A stretch of DNA of 64,000 nt from Candidatus Omnitrophota bacterium (GCA_041651115.1 JBAZJY010000001.1:581165-645164), one strand, 5' to 3'. Shown: positions 33,167-43,628, counted from the first letter of the stretch. Numbers and translations are program-made. Notes: generated from the letters alone by a model not told the origin.

Positions 33167-34060
33167 TTAATATCGGCGCGCAATAGATGCGCACTTTACG
33201 GCGAGTTTTATCGCTGCGATCAATGATTCGGCGCTTGCGCCTTTAAAACCCGAAGCAGCAAGGTCAAAGGCAGTGCCGTGCAAAGGCGAAGTCCTGATAA
33301 ACGACAGGCCGAGAGTAATATTCACCCCGGTTTCCGCGCTGGTAAGCTTTAAAGGGATCAGGGCCTGATCGTGATACATCGCGACCGCGCAGTCATATCT
33401 GCCCTTTGCCGTTTTTGCGATTGCCGAGTCGGCAGAAAACGGACCATCAATAACGCTGCCCCTGGCTGCTTGAGCGGCTATTTTTTTCAGCGCAGGCTTT
33501 ATAATGCGGTTTTCTTCTTTACCCAGCAAGCCGTTATCGGACGCATGGGGATTTAAGCCGCAGATAACCAGGCGCGGATTCTTTATGCCGAATAAATTTT
33601 TTAAGGACGCCAGCGTAACCAGCGCAGTATGGCGGATTTTTTCTTCTGTCAGCGCAGGGCTGACTTTGACTAAAGGCAAGTGCCGGGTTACCAGGCTGAT
33701 TTTAAGGCGATCGTTCAAAAGCATCATTACCGGGTCTTTTACCCCGCACTTAGAAGAAAAATATTCCGTATGGCCTGAATATTTGTATCCGGCAAGGTTG
33801 ATCGCTTCCTTGGAGATCGGGCAGGTAACAAGGCAGTCAATTTCCCCGCGCTTGATCAGGCCAAGCGCCCTGTCAAGGTATTCAATTGATGCCCTTCCGT
33901 ATTCAGGCAGGGCCCGGCCAAGCTTAAGGTTTCTTTGTTTTAGATCGCCGATAACCGTAAATTCAGCCAAACCCCGGAGTTTATTTAAAGCAATGGCGGT
34001 GATATGCGGGCCGATGCCGGAAGGATCGCCTATTGTGATGCCGACGCGGATTTTACGCAT
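33167..34060 (-). CDS. pdxA: 4-hydroxythreonine-4-phosphate dehydrogenase
   Basis: 297 aa PdxA family; conserved surA-pdxA-ksgA neighbourhood. Confidence 0.85.
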   Translation of the reverse strand: MRKIRVGITIGDPSGIGPHITAIALNKLRGLAEFTVIGDLKQRNLKLGRALPEYGRASIEYLDRALGLIKRGEIDCLVTCPISKEAINLAGYKYSGHTEYFSSKCGVKDPVMMLLNDRLKISLVTRHLPLVKVSPALTEEKIRHTALVTLASLKNLFGIKNPRLVICGLNPHASDNGLLGKEENRIIKPALKKIAAQAARGSVIDGPFSADSAIAKTAKGRYDCAVAMYHDQALIPLKLTSAETGVNITLGLSFIRTSPLHGTAFDLAASGFKGASAESLIAAIKLAVKCASIARRY

Positions 34061-34068
34061 TGAGTTCT

Positions 34069-34989
34069 TTACGAGCAGATCTTGATATACGACTTCTTCT
34101 TGAGTTCATCTAACCACTGCGCAAGGCGTTCCTGCATTTTCCTGTTGGAGAGATAAGAATATATACTTTCCTGCGCTTCCGCTAAGCTCAATTGCCGCGG
34201 CGGGATGATATTGTTCAGCTTAAAAACATAATATTTATCTTCAATTTTCAGGGGTTCGGAAACGCTGCCGGTTTTTAATTTCATGAGCGCCTGCTCTACG
34301 TCTTTCTTGAACTGCCCCTCCCTCATGCTAAGCTTACCGAGGGAAAGGGAATATTTATCCAGAAAATTCTCAATGGGCTGGCCTTTTTTAATGCCTTGCG
34401 ATATTTCTTCGGCAAGGCCCGCGCTTTCCAGTACGATGTACTCAAGCTCCCATACCTGCTGGGACTGAAAGTTAGCGGAATTCTGCTGGTAGAATTCAGT
34501 GACTTCTGCCGGGCTGATAATTACCTTGCTCCTTATTTTGTTTTCGATTATCGCGTACATAAACATCTGGTCTCTTACCTTTGCTTCAATGTCCGCCTGC
34601 ACCATGCCCTGCTGCCTGATTGCCTCCTGAAATTCAATACTTGAGGGGTATTGCCTCTTGATCTCCTCTACCCTGCCCTTGACCCTGTTCTCATCCACGC
34701 TGATCTTGTTTTTCTTAGCTTCCTGCAGGATGATCTTGTCTTCTACCAGCCGGTCAAGGAACTCAGCCTTCATAGAAGCTATCTTATCATCCAGCTGCCT
34801 GCCTTTTAATTCCCCGCTCATTTGCATGCGCATGAACGCGACAAAATCGTCAAATTCTTTCTGGGTGATCACGTCGTTGTTGACAACGGCAATGATCTTA
34901 TCCTGGGCAAAGCAGGGATAGGCAACCGCCAAATAACAAAATAATGCCAGAATCCAAAGTCTTAAATTTTTAATTTTGCGCTTTTCCAT
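34069..34989 (-). CDS. surA: periplasmic chaperone/peptidyl-prolyl isomerase SurA-like
   Basis: 306 aa, signal peptide, SurA N-domain-like region and parvulin-like segment. Confidence 0.7.
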   Translation of the reverse strand: MEKRKIKNLRLWILALFCYLAVAYPCFAQDKIIAVVNNDVITQKEFDDFVAFMRMQMSGELKGRQLDDKIASMKAEFLDRLVEDKIILQEAKKNKISVDENRVKGRVEEIKRQYPSSIEFQEAIRQQGMVQADIEAKVRDQMFMYAIIENKIRSKVIISPAEVTEFYQQNSANFQSQQVWELEYIVLESAGLAEEISQGIKKGQPIENFLDKYSLSLGKLSMREGQFKKDVEQALMKLKTGSVSEPLKIEDKYYVFKLNNIIPPRQLSLAEAQESIYSYLSNRKMQERLAQWLDELKKKSYIKICS

Positions 34990-36877
34990 TAGTGATTGCC
35001 TTATTTAAAGTGCCGATCGCTTCTCTAAGCAGCCGGCAGTAAAGGTCAAAGCCTACCGAGGCGATAAAACCATGCTGCTGCTCGCCCAAAATATTGCCTG
35101 CGCCGCGTAACTCCAGGTCCTCCATGGCGATCTTAAAACCCGAACCAAGCTGTGTGTATTCCTGTATTGCCGCCAGCCTTTTACGGGCTTCTGTGTCCAT
35201 TATCTCCCTGCGCGGCACCATGAAATAGGCGTATGCCGGCCGGTCAAACCTGCCTACCCTGCCGCGCAGCTGATGCAGGTCGGCAAGGCCAAAGCAATGA
35301 GCGTTATTAACAATGATCGTATTGACATTGGGAATGTCTATGCCCGACTCGATGATCATCGTACAGATAAGCACGTCGATCCTGCCTTTTAAAAAATCAA
35401 GCATCACCGCTTCCAGCATCTTTGAAGGCATTTGGCCGTGGCCGATCGCAAGCCTGACGCCGGGCGGCAGCAGCCGCGCAACTTTTTCCTTTATTTTTTC
35501 AATGTCCTGAACACGGTTGTGCAAAAAAAAGACCTGGCCTTTCCTGCCCAGCTCCCTGAGGATTGCCTGGCGGATCAAATCGTCATCATATTCTACCACA
35601 ATCGTATTGATAGGCAAACGGTTTTGCGGCGGAGTATTGATCAACGAGAGGTCCCGGGCTGCCATCAGGCTCATATATAATGTCCGCGGTATGGGCGTGG
35701 CAGTAAGCGTAAGCACGCCGGTATTCAGCCTTAACTTTTTTAATTTTTCCTTTGCCCGCACGCCGAAACGCTGCTCTTCATCAACGATCACAAGGCCGAG
35801 GTCCTTAAAACTTACGTCATCGGACAACAGCCTGTGCGTGCCGATAACAATATCAACGCTGCCTTTACTTACCGCTCCGATAATGTCTTTTTGCTCGCGC
35901 TTTGTCTTAAAACGCGAAAGCATTTCTACGTTAACGGGAAAATCCTTAAGGCGGCCGCTAAAATTCTGATAGTGCTGCTCCGCGAGGATAGTCGTAGGCA
36001 CAAGGTAAGCTACCTGCTTGCCGCTCATCACTGCCTTAAACGCGGCGCGCATCGCTACTTCGGTCTTTCCGTAGCCTACATCGCCGCAAAGCAGCCTGTC
36101 CATCGGCCTGCCGGACTCCATGTCATTTTTTACGTCAACCATTGCCTTTACCTGGTCTTCGGTTTCTTTAAACGGAAAATTGGCTTCAAATTCATCCTGC
36201 CATTGGGTATCCTGGGCATATTTAATACCCGGCACGCTCATGCGCATTGCCTGCAGCGATAAGAGCTCCCATGCCAGCTTCTGGATGCCTTTCTTGACCC
36301 GCTGTTTGGCGCGCTGCCATTCTTTGCTGCCGAGGCGGTAGAGCTTAGGCCTGCGCGCCTGAAAGGAAATATACTTCTGCACGAAGTGCATTTGGTCAAC
36401 CGGCACATAAAGCTTTTCCTGCCGGTCATATTCAATAACCAGATGATCCTTATATTTTTCGCCGATCTTTATCTTGTCAAGGCCGAGAAACCTGCCGATG
36501 CCATGCTCTGTATGCACGACGTAATCGCCGACGTCCAGGTCAAGGAAATTATCTATGGGGAATTCTTCTTTTAAAGCAATGGACTTTATGGTATGCGGCT
36601 TTTTGACCGGCAGGATGATCACCATCTTGTGCTGCCAGAGAGGAGTGCCGTCGGAAGGGCTAAAGCTTTTGATCGCGGAGATCTTTTCCGCTTCTAACTC
36701 AATACGGACGGGAAGTTCAAAGGTAAAGGCAAAGATGTCAATTATCCCGCCGCGGCGGGCAAAGTCGCCTTCCTGCAGTACTGCTTCCTGCCTCTTGTAG
36801 CCGAAGTCAACCAGATCAGCAAGAACACGCTCTAAGTCAACGGCCTCTCCGACATACAGCTTGAGGGATTTAAACAT
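34970..36877 (-). CDS. mfd: Mfd-like RNAP-displacing translocase, short form (635 aa) lacking D1a/D2 UvrA-binding module, D3 and C-terminal D7
   Basis: GDFARRGGIIDIF remnant of D1b, RNAP-interaction domain DVGDYVVHTEHGIGRFLGL, helicase motif I GDVGYGKTEVAMRAAF; ends right after the translocase domain. Confidence 0.8.
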   Translation of the reverse strand: MFKSLKLYVGEAVDLERVLADLVDFGYKRQEAVLQEGDFARRGGIIDIFAFTFELPVRIELEAEKISAIKSFSPSDGTPLWQHKMVIILPVKKPHTIKSIALKEEFPIDNFLDLDVGDYVVHTEHGIGRFLGLDKIKIGEKYKDHLVIEYDRQEKLYVPVDQMHFVQKYISFQARRPKLYRLGSKEWQRAKQRVKKGIQKLAWELLSLQAMRMSVPGIKYAQDTQWQDEFEANFPFKETEDQVKAMVDVKNDMESGRPMDRLLCGDVGYGKTEVAMRAAFKAVMSGKQVAYLVPTTILAEQHYQNFSGRLKDFPVNVEMLSRFKTKREQKDIIGAVSKGSVDIVIGTHRLLSDDVSFKDLGLVIVDEEQRFGVRAKEKLKKLRLNTGVLTLTATPIPRTLYMSLMAARDLSLINTPPQNRLPINTIVVEYDDDLIRQAILRELGRKGQVFFLHNRVQDIEKIKEKVARLLPPGVRLAIGHGQMPSKMLEAVMLDFLKGRIDVLICTMIIESGIDIPNVNTIIVNNAHCFGLADLHQLRGRVGRFDRPAYAYFMVPRREIMDTEARKRLAAIQEYTQLGSGFKIAMEDLELRGAGNILGEQQHGFIASVGFDLYCRLLREAIGTLNKAITNGKAQN

Positions 36878-36886
36878 TAATCAATA

Positions 36887-39082
36887 CTATCGTGTGCCTT
36901 TCTTGCTCCAGGCAAGCACAAGCGGCGATGCAATAAATACCGTTGAATACACGCCGGCCACAAAACCAACCAGCAGCGTAAAGGCAAAATTGCTTAGAAC
37001 ATCGCCACCGTAAAGAAAGATCGCCAGTACCACAAGCAAGGTTACTCCGGAAGTAAGCAGTGTCCGGCCAAGCGTCTGGTTCACGCTTAAATTGATCAAT
37101 TCCTTCAAACCCATTTTACGCTGCAGCCGGATATTTTCCCTTACGCGGTCATAAATAACAATCGTGTCATTTATGGAATAACCGGCAATGGTCAAAAATG
37201 CCGTCACGCTTAACAAGTCAATCTGCCTGCCGGTAAACGCCAAAGCGCCGAACGCTACCAATACGTCATGCAGCAAGGCAATAATGCCGGCAGCGGCAAA
37301 ATTAAAATGCTTGAACCTGAAAGCAACATACACAAGTATGCCGATGAGCGACCAGACAAGCGCAGAAACCGCCTTGCCCTTAAGGTGCTTACCTGCTACC
37401 GGGCCAACATGCTCGATCTTCAGGATCTGGATCTCCTGATCGGGAAACGATTCCTGAAATTTAGCAGTCAGGTCATGCGTTTTGTCCTCTTTGGTCCTTA
37501 TCAGCACTGCCCGGGGGTTATCTTTAAACTGTTGAATAGAGGCATCGGCAAGGCCGAGTTCTTTAAGGATAGTGCGCACCTTACCAATATCCGGCGCGGT
37601 TTTAAAACTATATTCCTGTATCTGGCCGCCGGCAAAATCTATGCCGAAAGCCTCATTACCCCTTTTAGCATAAGATACCAACCCTACGGCAATCACGATA
37701 ATGGAAATAGCATAGAATATCCGGCGCTTGCCGATAAAATCAACCTTTGTTTCGCCGATCAATTTAAGCATCGGCAAAGATTTTAACCAGCCCAAACCGA
37801 GCAAGATCTCAAAGATCGTCTTCGTAACTATGACCGCCGTAAATAAACTTGCTAAAATACCGATCGTAAGAGTTACGGCAAAACCTCTTATCGGGCCGGT
37901 GCCGAACTGGAACAAAAGAAATGCCGCGATCAGCGTGGTTACGTTGGAATCAAAGATCGCGCTAAAGGCGCGCGAATAACCGTTAAGGATCGCAGTGCGT
38001 ATTGCCCTTCCCGCGGTGAGTTCTTCTCTTATACGCTCGTTAATCAACACATTGGCGTCAACCGCCATACCTAATGACAGCACCATACCGGCAATGCCCG
38101 GCAGGGTCAGGGTCGCGGATATCCCCGGGAATAAAAGCGGCAATAACCCCAAGCATCCGAGGATGATCAACATGTTAAGTGCAAGCGCGACATTAGCGAT
38201 CATGCCTGCCAACAGGTAATAGCCCGCCATAAAGATAAATACAAGCGCGCCGCCGACAATACTGGCCTTTACGCCTTTATTTATGGAATCCTGGCCTAAT
38301 AAAGGGCCGATGGTCCTTTCTTCTTCTATGTGCATTGGAGCGGGAAGCGCGCCTACGCGTAAAACTAATGCCAGGTCCTGTGCCTGTTCAGGGCTGAATC
38401 TTCCGGAGATAACTGCTTCGCCGGAAGGGATCGCTTCCCTGATCGTAGGAGCAGACTGAACTTTACCATCAAGCACGATCGCCAGCCTCCTGCCTACATT
38501 GGCAGCGGTAAGCTCGGCGAATTTTTTAGCGCCGTCGGCATTAAATTGCAAACCCACCACCGGCTCGCTCATATCGCCAAAACGCACTGTTGCGCTGGAA
38601 AGCGCTCCGCCGGTCAAAGCTGCCTGCGCTTCAACAAGCATCGGCTCATTATCTTCTTCGGCATATTTGAGCTCGTATCCTTCCGGCACAGTGCCGCTGA
38701 TCGCCTCTTTCAGCTTTTCCGTATCCGACAGCACCAGCTTAAATTCAAGCAGCGCGGTCTTTCCGATTAAATCGATCGCGCGTTCGCGGTCAGTAACGCC
38801 GGGGAGCTGGACAACGATCTCATCAACGCCTTGTTTCTGGATTGACGGCTCCCTTACGCCAAAGGCATCAATACGATTACGAATAACTTCCAACGCCCTG
38901 TCTGCGGCATCTTCCCTGTCAGCAGCAGGAATATTGGTAGTATCCACTTTCAGGAGAAGGTGCATCCCGCCCTGAAGGTCAAGGCCGAGGTTTATCCTTT
39001 TGTCCAAAGGAAAGGCATAATATACGCAGATACCGATAACACCGAGGATCAAAAGCGATTTATAAAGGAGTCGTCTATCCAT
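36887..39082 (-). CDS. secDF: fused protein-export membrane protein SecDF
   Basis: 731 aa with both SecD and SecF 6-TM modules. Confidence 0.9.
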   Translation of the reverse strand: MDRRLLYKSLLILGVIGICVYYAFPLDKRINLGLDLQGGMHLLLKVDTTNIPAADREDAADRALEVIRNRIDAFGVREPSIQKQGVDEIVVQLPGVTDRERAIDLIGKTALLEFKLVLSDTEKLKEAISGTVPEGYELKYAEEDNEPMLVEAQAALTGGALSSATVRFGDMSEPVVGLQFNADGAKKFAELTAANVGRRLAIVLDGKVQSAPTIREAIPSGEAVISGRFSPEQAQDLALVLRVGALPAPMHIEEERTIGPLLGQDSINKGVKASIVGGALVFIFMAGYYLLAGMIANVALALNMLIILGCLGLLPLLFPGISATLTLPGIAGMVLSLGMAVDANVLINERIREELTAGRAIRTAILNGYSRAFSAIFDSNVTTLIAAFLLFQFGTGPIRGFAVTLTIGILASLFTAVIVTKTIFEILLGLGWLKSLPMLKLIGETKVDFIGKRRIFYAISIIVIAVGLVSYAKRGNEAFGIDFAGGQIQEYSFKTAPDIGKVRTILKELGLADASIQQFKDNPRAVLIRTKEDKTHDLTAKFQESFPDQEIQILKIEHVGPVAGKHLKGKAVSALVWSLIGILVYVAFRFKHFNFAAAGIIALLHDVLVAFGALAFTGRQIDLLSVTAFLTIAGYSINDTIVIYDRVRENIRLQRKMGLKELINLSVNQTLGRTLLTSGVTLLVVLAIFLYGGDVLSNFAFTLLVGFVAGVYSTVFIASPLVLAWSKKGTR

Positions 39083-39085
39083 AAC

Positions 39086-39382
39086 TTAAGCTGCCTCCAT
39101 GCCTTGAGACTTCTTCACGCTGGCAATGCAATTCCTCTCCACTTCAATCTTGACGTTATCGTCAACCCTCAATGTAACGCTGCGCTCTTTGATATTTACG
39201 ATGGTGCCGTGAATGCCGCCGGAAGTGACCACCTGGTCGTTCTTCTCAAGGGCGTTGAGCATTTTCTGGCGCTCTTTTTCCTGTTTTTTCTGCGGGCGGA
39301 TAAGCAGGAAATAAAAAACAATGAAGATCAGGACTAACGGAAACAGGTTCACAATCGGATTTATCGCGGGTGTTGGCTGCAT
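39086..39382 (-). CDS. yajC: preprotein translocase subunit YajC
   Basis: 98 aa single-TM YajC family. Confidence 0.8.
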   Translation of the reverse strand: MQPTPAINPIVNLFPLVLIFIVFYFLLIRPQKKQEKERQKMLNALEKNDQVVTSGGIHGTIVNIKERSVTLRVDDNVKIEVERNCIASVKKSQGMEAA

Positions 39383-39387
39383 TTTTG

Positions 39388-39624
39388 TTACCTCGCTTTC
39401 TTAATAAGGCTTTTTACGGTTTCAGAAACCTGCGCGCCGTTCTTTATCCAGTAATTAACGCGCTCTTTATTCACTTTTACTTCCCCGGTCAGTGAGCTGT
39501 AGAAACCTAACGGCTCTATGGCTCTGCCGTCGCGGTTGCGGGTCCTTTCATAAGCGGCGATGCGGAAATGCGGATGTTTTTTGGGGTTCTTACCGATCCT
39601 TCTTAAACGAATATGCACTGACAT
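39388..39624 (-). CDS. rpsP: 30S ribosomal protein S16
   Basis: 78 aa, MSVHIRLRRIGKNPKKHPHFRIAAYERTRNRDGR... Confidence 0.92.
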   Translation of the reverse strand: MSVHIRLRRIGKNPKKHPHFRIAAYERTRNRDGRAIEPLGFYSSLTGEVKVNKERVNYWIKNGAQVSETVKSLIKKAR

Positions 39625-39650
39625 TTCTTCCTACCTCCTGTTTGATGTTA

Positions 39651-41141
39651 TTAACGCACAATTGCTTCCATTAACGCCTTTGCTTTATTCACCGTCTCAA
39701 AATACTCTTTCTCGGGCCGGGAATCCGCTACGACCCCGCCTCCTGCCTGCACATAGGCAGTGTTACCTTTAATCACAATTGTCCTGATGGTGATGCAGGT
39801 ATCCATATTATGGGAAAAACTAAAATACCCTACGCATCCGGCATACGGGCCGCGCCGCGAGTTTTCAAGCTCGTCAATGATCTCCATCGCGCGGATCTTC
39901 GGGCTGCCGGAAACAGTGCCCGCGGGAAAACTTGCCCTCATCACGTCGTAAACGCTGTATTGTTTATTCAAGATGCCCCTGACCTCGGTAACAAGGTGCA
40001 TCACGTGAGAATACCTCTCTACAGACATAAACTCGCTTATCTTAACGCTCCCCTTTTTACAAACCCTGCCTAAGTCGTTCCTACCCAGGTCAACAAGCAT
40101 AATATGCTCGGCTTTTTCCTTTGCATCAGCCAAGAGCTCCTTTTCCAGCCGCCGGTCTTTTTCTTCAGTCTTACCCCTTGGCCGCGTGCCTGCGATCGGC
40201 CGCGTCTGGACAATTCCGTCTTCACAACGCACAAGCATCTCCGGAGAAGAACCGGCAAAAAATACGCCCTTCAACTTCAGAAAGAACATATACGGAGAAG
40301 GATTAATGCTCCTTAAGCTGCGATAGATATCAAACGGTTTCTTATTTATTTTTACTGAAAACCGCTGCGACGGCACCACCTGTATGATATCGCCGATCTT
40401 TATAAAATGCTTAGCCCGCTTTACCATTTCCTGGAACGCGGGCTTACTGTAATTGGATTTTATTGCGCCTGACGCGCACCTCTTTCCGGCGCAAGCCGGG
40501 ATGCCCGGGCTGACAGGTTTTTCCAAAAGGCCTTCTATAGCTTCAATTTTTTTGATTGCCTGATTATAAAATTTGGCCCTGGCGGCAGCGCTAAGTTTTT
40601 TACCTCCGGGCAGCAACACGTTAGAAACGATCTTGATCGTATGGTTTACGTGGTCAAATACCAGCATTGTGTCCGTAAGGAGGAATACCATGTCGGGCAG
40701 CCTCAATTCATCGGGATTTTTATCGGGAATCTCTTCAAAGAACCTTACCGTATCGTAACCGATGTATCCGACCATTCCGCCGTAGAAGCGAGGCAGGCCC
40801 TTAATATGCACCGGACGGAAATCCCGCATTATTTTCCTGACCTCTTCCAACGGGTCGGTATTCGTGACAAATCTTTTTATTGAGCCGCGCTGGGGATAAT
40901 CAATCTCGATATTCCTACCCTTGCTTTTAAAGACCAGCGACGGATTCGCGCCGAGGAATGAATAATGCGCGATCTTTTCCTGGCCCTCAACCGATTCAAG
41001 CAAAAACGCGTAATCGCCCTTGTCGATCTTTAAAAAGGCAGACACCGGCGTATCCAGGTCGGCGTTCACCTCTTTGTATACAGGTATAACGTTGGCGGTT
41101 TTTGATAACTTTAAAAATTCCTTGACCGGTGGATATAGCAT
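39651..41141 (-). CDS. chorismate-utilizing enzyme, anthranilate/aminodeoxychorismate synthase component I family (TrpE/PabB)
   Basis: 496 aa with C-terminal chorismate-binding domain; no amidotransferase partner adjacent. Confidence 0.75.
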   Translation of the reverse strand: MLYPPVKEFLKLSKTANVIPVYKEVNADLDTPVSAFLKIDKGDYAFLLESVEGQEKIAHYSFLGANPSLVFKSKGRNIEIDYPQRGSIKRFVTNTDPLEEVRKIMRDFRPVHIKGLPRFYGGMVGYIGYDTVRFFEEIPDKNPDELRLPDMVFLLTDTMLVFDHVNHTIKIVSNVLLPGGKKLSAAARAKFYNQAIKKIEAIEGLLEKPVSPGIPACAGKRCASGAIKSNYSKPAFQEMVKRAKHFIKIGDIIQVVPSQRFSVKINKKPFDIYRSLRSINPSPYMFFLKLKGVFFAGSSPEMLVRCEDGIVQTRPIAGTRPRGKTEEKDRRLEKELLADAKEKAEHIMLVDLGRNDLGRVCKKGSVKISEFMSVERYSHVMHLVTEVRGILNKQYSVYDVMRASFPAGTVSGSPKIRAMEIIDELENSRRGPYAGCVGYFSFSHNMDTCITIRTIVIKGNTAYVQAGGGVVADSRPEKEYFETVNKAKALMEAIVR

Positions 41142-41474
41142 TTATATTTTCCTGAAAAAACATGACCGGTTGCCGGTGTGGCAGGCAACGCCGATCTGCC
41201 TGACTTTGATCAAAAGCGCGTCCAGGTCGCAGTCATAGGCTATGGATTTAACGTGCTGATAGTTGCCGGATGTTGCTCCCTTAACCCAGTATTCTTTCCT
41301 TGAGCGCGACCAGAAACAAGTCAGCTTCTTTTTTAAAGTCCGCCTTACCGATTCGGCATTCATATAGGCTAGCATCAGCACTTCGCCGTTTTTATAATCC
41401 TGGATGATCGCCGGGATCAAACCCTTGCTATCAAACTTGAGGTCCTTAATATTAATCTTTTTCACTCTTAACAT
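41142..41474 (-). CDS. hisI: phosphoribosyl-AMP cyclohydrolase (HisI only, no HisE domain)
   Basis: 110 aa, conserved HisI motifs (C...C...HTG). Confidence 0.85.
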   Translation of the reverse strand: MLRVKKINIKDLKFDSKGLIPAIIQDYKNGEVLMLAYMNAESVRRTLKKKLTCFWSRSRKEYWVKGATSGNYQHVKSIAYDCDLDALLIKVRQIGVACHTGNRSCFFRKI

Positions 41475-41498
41475 TCTCCCTTAAATAAGATTAAGTCA

Positions 41499-41607
41499 TT
41501 AGGTTAAGGTTATGAAGCCAGTATGGTAAATAGGTTATGGTTAAGTATCAATGACCTAACCTGAACCCTTAAACCATACCGGCTTCCTGACCCTAACCTT
41601 AACCTAT
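41499..41607. repeat. ~109-bp imperfect palindrome (TTAGGTTAAGGTTATGAAGCCAGTATGGT ... ACCATACCGGCTTCCTGACCCTAACCTTAACCTA) filling the hisF-hisI intergenic space
   Basis: Left arm and reverse complement of right arm align over ~50 bp with few mismatches. Confidence 0.55.
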
Positions 41608-41611
41608 TATT

Positions 41612-42367
41612 CTATATCCTAACCGCTACTCCTCTTTCCGATAAGTATTCCTTGACCTGGCCCACCGAATATTCCTGATAATGAAAAATTGAAGCGGCAA
41701 GGCAGGCATCTGCCCCGGACTTAGTTATCACATCATAAAAATGTTCCGGTTTTCCCGCTCCGCCGGAAGCAATCACCGGTATATTCACCGCTTCGCTGAT
41801 CGCCTTTGTCAAAGCAAGGTCATAGCCGTCCTTGGTACCGTCATAATCCATACTCGTTAAAAGGATCTCTCCGGCGCCAAGTTCAGCGCATTTTTTTGCC
41901 CATTCCACGGCGTCCAGGTCAACCGGCGTCCTGCCGCCATTGATAAAAACCTGCCAGCTGTCGCCTTCTTTCTTGGCATCAATAGCCACAACAATACACT
42001 GGCTGCCGAATTTTCCTGCCGCGTCCCTGACCAATTCGGGGAATTTAACTGCTGCCGTATTTATGGAAACTTTATCCGCCCCGGCGCTCAGGAGATCTCT
42101 GATATCGTCAATGTCCCTGATGCCGCCGCCTACTGTAAACGGCATATAAATATTCTGGGCAATATTGTCAACCAGTTCAATCAGGGTCTTTCGTTGCTCA
42201 AAGCTTGCGGTAATGTCAAGGAACACCAGCTCATCCGCTTTCTGCCGGTCATAAACCTTGGCAACTTCTACCGGGTCTCCCGCGTCTTTAAGGCCGAGGA
42301 ACTTTATTCCCTTTACCACCCGGCCTTCTTTAATGTCAAGGCAGGGGATTATGCGCTTGGTGAGCAT
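41612..42367 (-). CDS. hisF: imidazole glycerol phosphate synthase cyclase subunit
   Basis: 251 aa TIM-barrel HisF. Confidence 0.95.
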   Translation of the reverse strand: MLTKRIIPCLDIKEGRVVKGIKFLGLKDAGDPVEVAKVYDRQKADELVFLDITASFEQRKTLIELVDNIAQNIYMPFTVGGGIRDIDDIRDLLSAGADKVSINTAAVKFPELVRDAAGKFGSQCIVVAIDAKKEGDSWQVFINGGRTPVDLDAVEWAKKCAELGAGEILLTSMDYDGTKDGYDLALTKAISEAVNIPVIASGGAGKPEHFYDVITKSGADACLAASIFHYQEYSVGQVKEYLSERGVAVRI

Positions 42368-42819
42368 TATTTTACTTTTTTATATAAATATTCTGCCAGC
42401 AGCTGGCGGGTCTGTTTACCCACAATGCCGTCTGCCTTAAGGCCGTTATCTTTCTGAAACGCCTTGATCGCTTCGCGTGTCTGGCGGCCGATTTTTCCGT
42501 CAATTGCCCCGGGATTATAACCGGCATTCTTAAGCGCAATCTGGATCTGCTTTGCGCTTAAACGGCTTTTAGACTTAGACGCTACGGATTTTTTTGCGAA
42601 ATTCTGGCGGGATGCAGAAGCTCTATCCATCTGCGCTGCCAGTGAATCTTTTAGGCTGCTGATCTCTTCATCTTTTTCCTGGACCTGGGCCTCTAAAACA
42701 GAAACCTGATTCCTCAAACCCTGCATTTCCTCGCTGCTCTGCTTGCGGCAGGTAGCGCATCCGGCGAGCGAAAGTACGAATAAAGGTAAAACGAAAAACA
42801 AAGTCAATTTTTTGAACAT
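42367..42819 (-). CDS. lipoprotein with coiled-coil region and C-terminal peptidoglycan-binding domain, embedded in the his cluster
   Basis: 150 aa; lipobox LAGC, PG_binding_1-like repeat ([43 protein letters not shown]); stop overlaps hisF start. Confidence 0.7.
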   Translation of the reverse strand: MFKKLTLFFVLPLFVLSLAGCATCRKQSSEEMQGLRNQVSVLEAQVQEKDEEISSLKDSLAAQMDRASASRQNFAKKSVASKSKSRLSAKQIQIALKNAGYNPGAIDGKIGRQTREAIKAFQKDNGLKADGIVGKQTRQLLAEYLYKKVK

Positions 42820-42835
42820 CTTGCTCCTCTCTGAT

Positions 42836-42911
42836 TAGGGACGGTTCTCAGTCCAAGGGAAAAGTGTCCCCACCCGGGGACATTTTTCTCCTTGGCTGAG
42901 AACCGTCCCTA
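42836..42911. repeat. family-1 palindromic repeat element, copy A (TAGGGACGGTTCTCA ... TGAGAACCGTCCCTA, nested inner hairpin GTGTCCCC/GGGGACAT)
   Basis: 76-bp near-perfect hairpin; its last 3 nt (cta) form the hisA TAG stop. Confidence 0.85.
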
Positions 42912-43628
42912 AATCCTCAATGCCTGCGTCAGGGTAAACTTACCCTCATACAAGGCCTTTCCGATAATTATTCCGCTGACTCCGTCTTTTTCCAATAATT
43001 TCAATTTCATTATATCTTCAAGAGAAGATATTCCACCGGAAGCGACAACCTTTAATCTGCTTTCCTTAAGCAGGGCTTTTATCCCTTTGATGTTCGGCCC
43101 TTTTAACATACCGTCTTTAGATATATCAGTGTAGATCACTTCTTTAAATCCCAGCGCCTTAAGCTGCTTTGCCAGGCTTACTGCCTCAAGCTTGGTGCTT
43201 TTTTCCTGCCAGCCCTTAACCAGCACCTGTCCGTCACGGGCATCTATGCTAACAATAACTTTATTTTTAAATTTCTTAAAAGCCTCTTTTAAAAACGTGC
43301 TGTCTTCAATGGCTTTTGTGCCCAGCACAACCCGGGAAACTCCGGCATCAAGCAGGGCTTTGATAGTTTCAATTTTCCTGACCCCGCCGCCGAATTCAAG
43401 CGCGGCCCGGGTTTGCGCTGCGATCTGCTTTACGATTTCCAGGTTTTTCGGGATGCCGGTCGTCGCGCCGTCTAAGTCTACGACATGGATCAGCTGCGCG
43501 CCCTGCCTAAGCCAATGCTTGGCAACCTTTATGGCGTCGCGTGAATAAATCTTTTTATCTTTAAGCCGGCCCTGGGTAAGCCTTACCACGCAGCCGTCTT
43601 TTAAATCTATCGCCGGTATGATCAACAT
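42909..43628 (-). CDS. hisA: 1-(5-phosphoribosyl)-5-[(5-phosphoribosylamino)methylideneamino]imidazole-4-carboxamide isomerase
   Basis: 239 aa TIM-barrel HisA. Confidence 0.93.
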   Translation of the reverse strand: MLIIPAIDLKDGCVVRLTQGRLKDKKIYSRDAIKVAKHWLRQGAQLIHVVDLDGATTGIPKNLEIVKQIAAQTRAALEFGGGVRKIETIKALLDAGVSRVVLGTKAIEDSTFLKEAFKKFKNKVIVSIDARDGQVLVKGWQEKSTKLEAVSLAKQLKALGFKEVIYTDISKDGMLKGPNIKGIKALLKESRLKVVASGGISSLEDIMKLKLLEKDGVSGIIIGKALYEGKFTLTQALRI

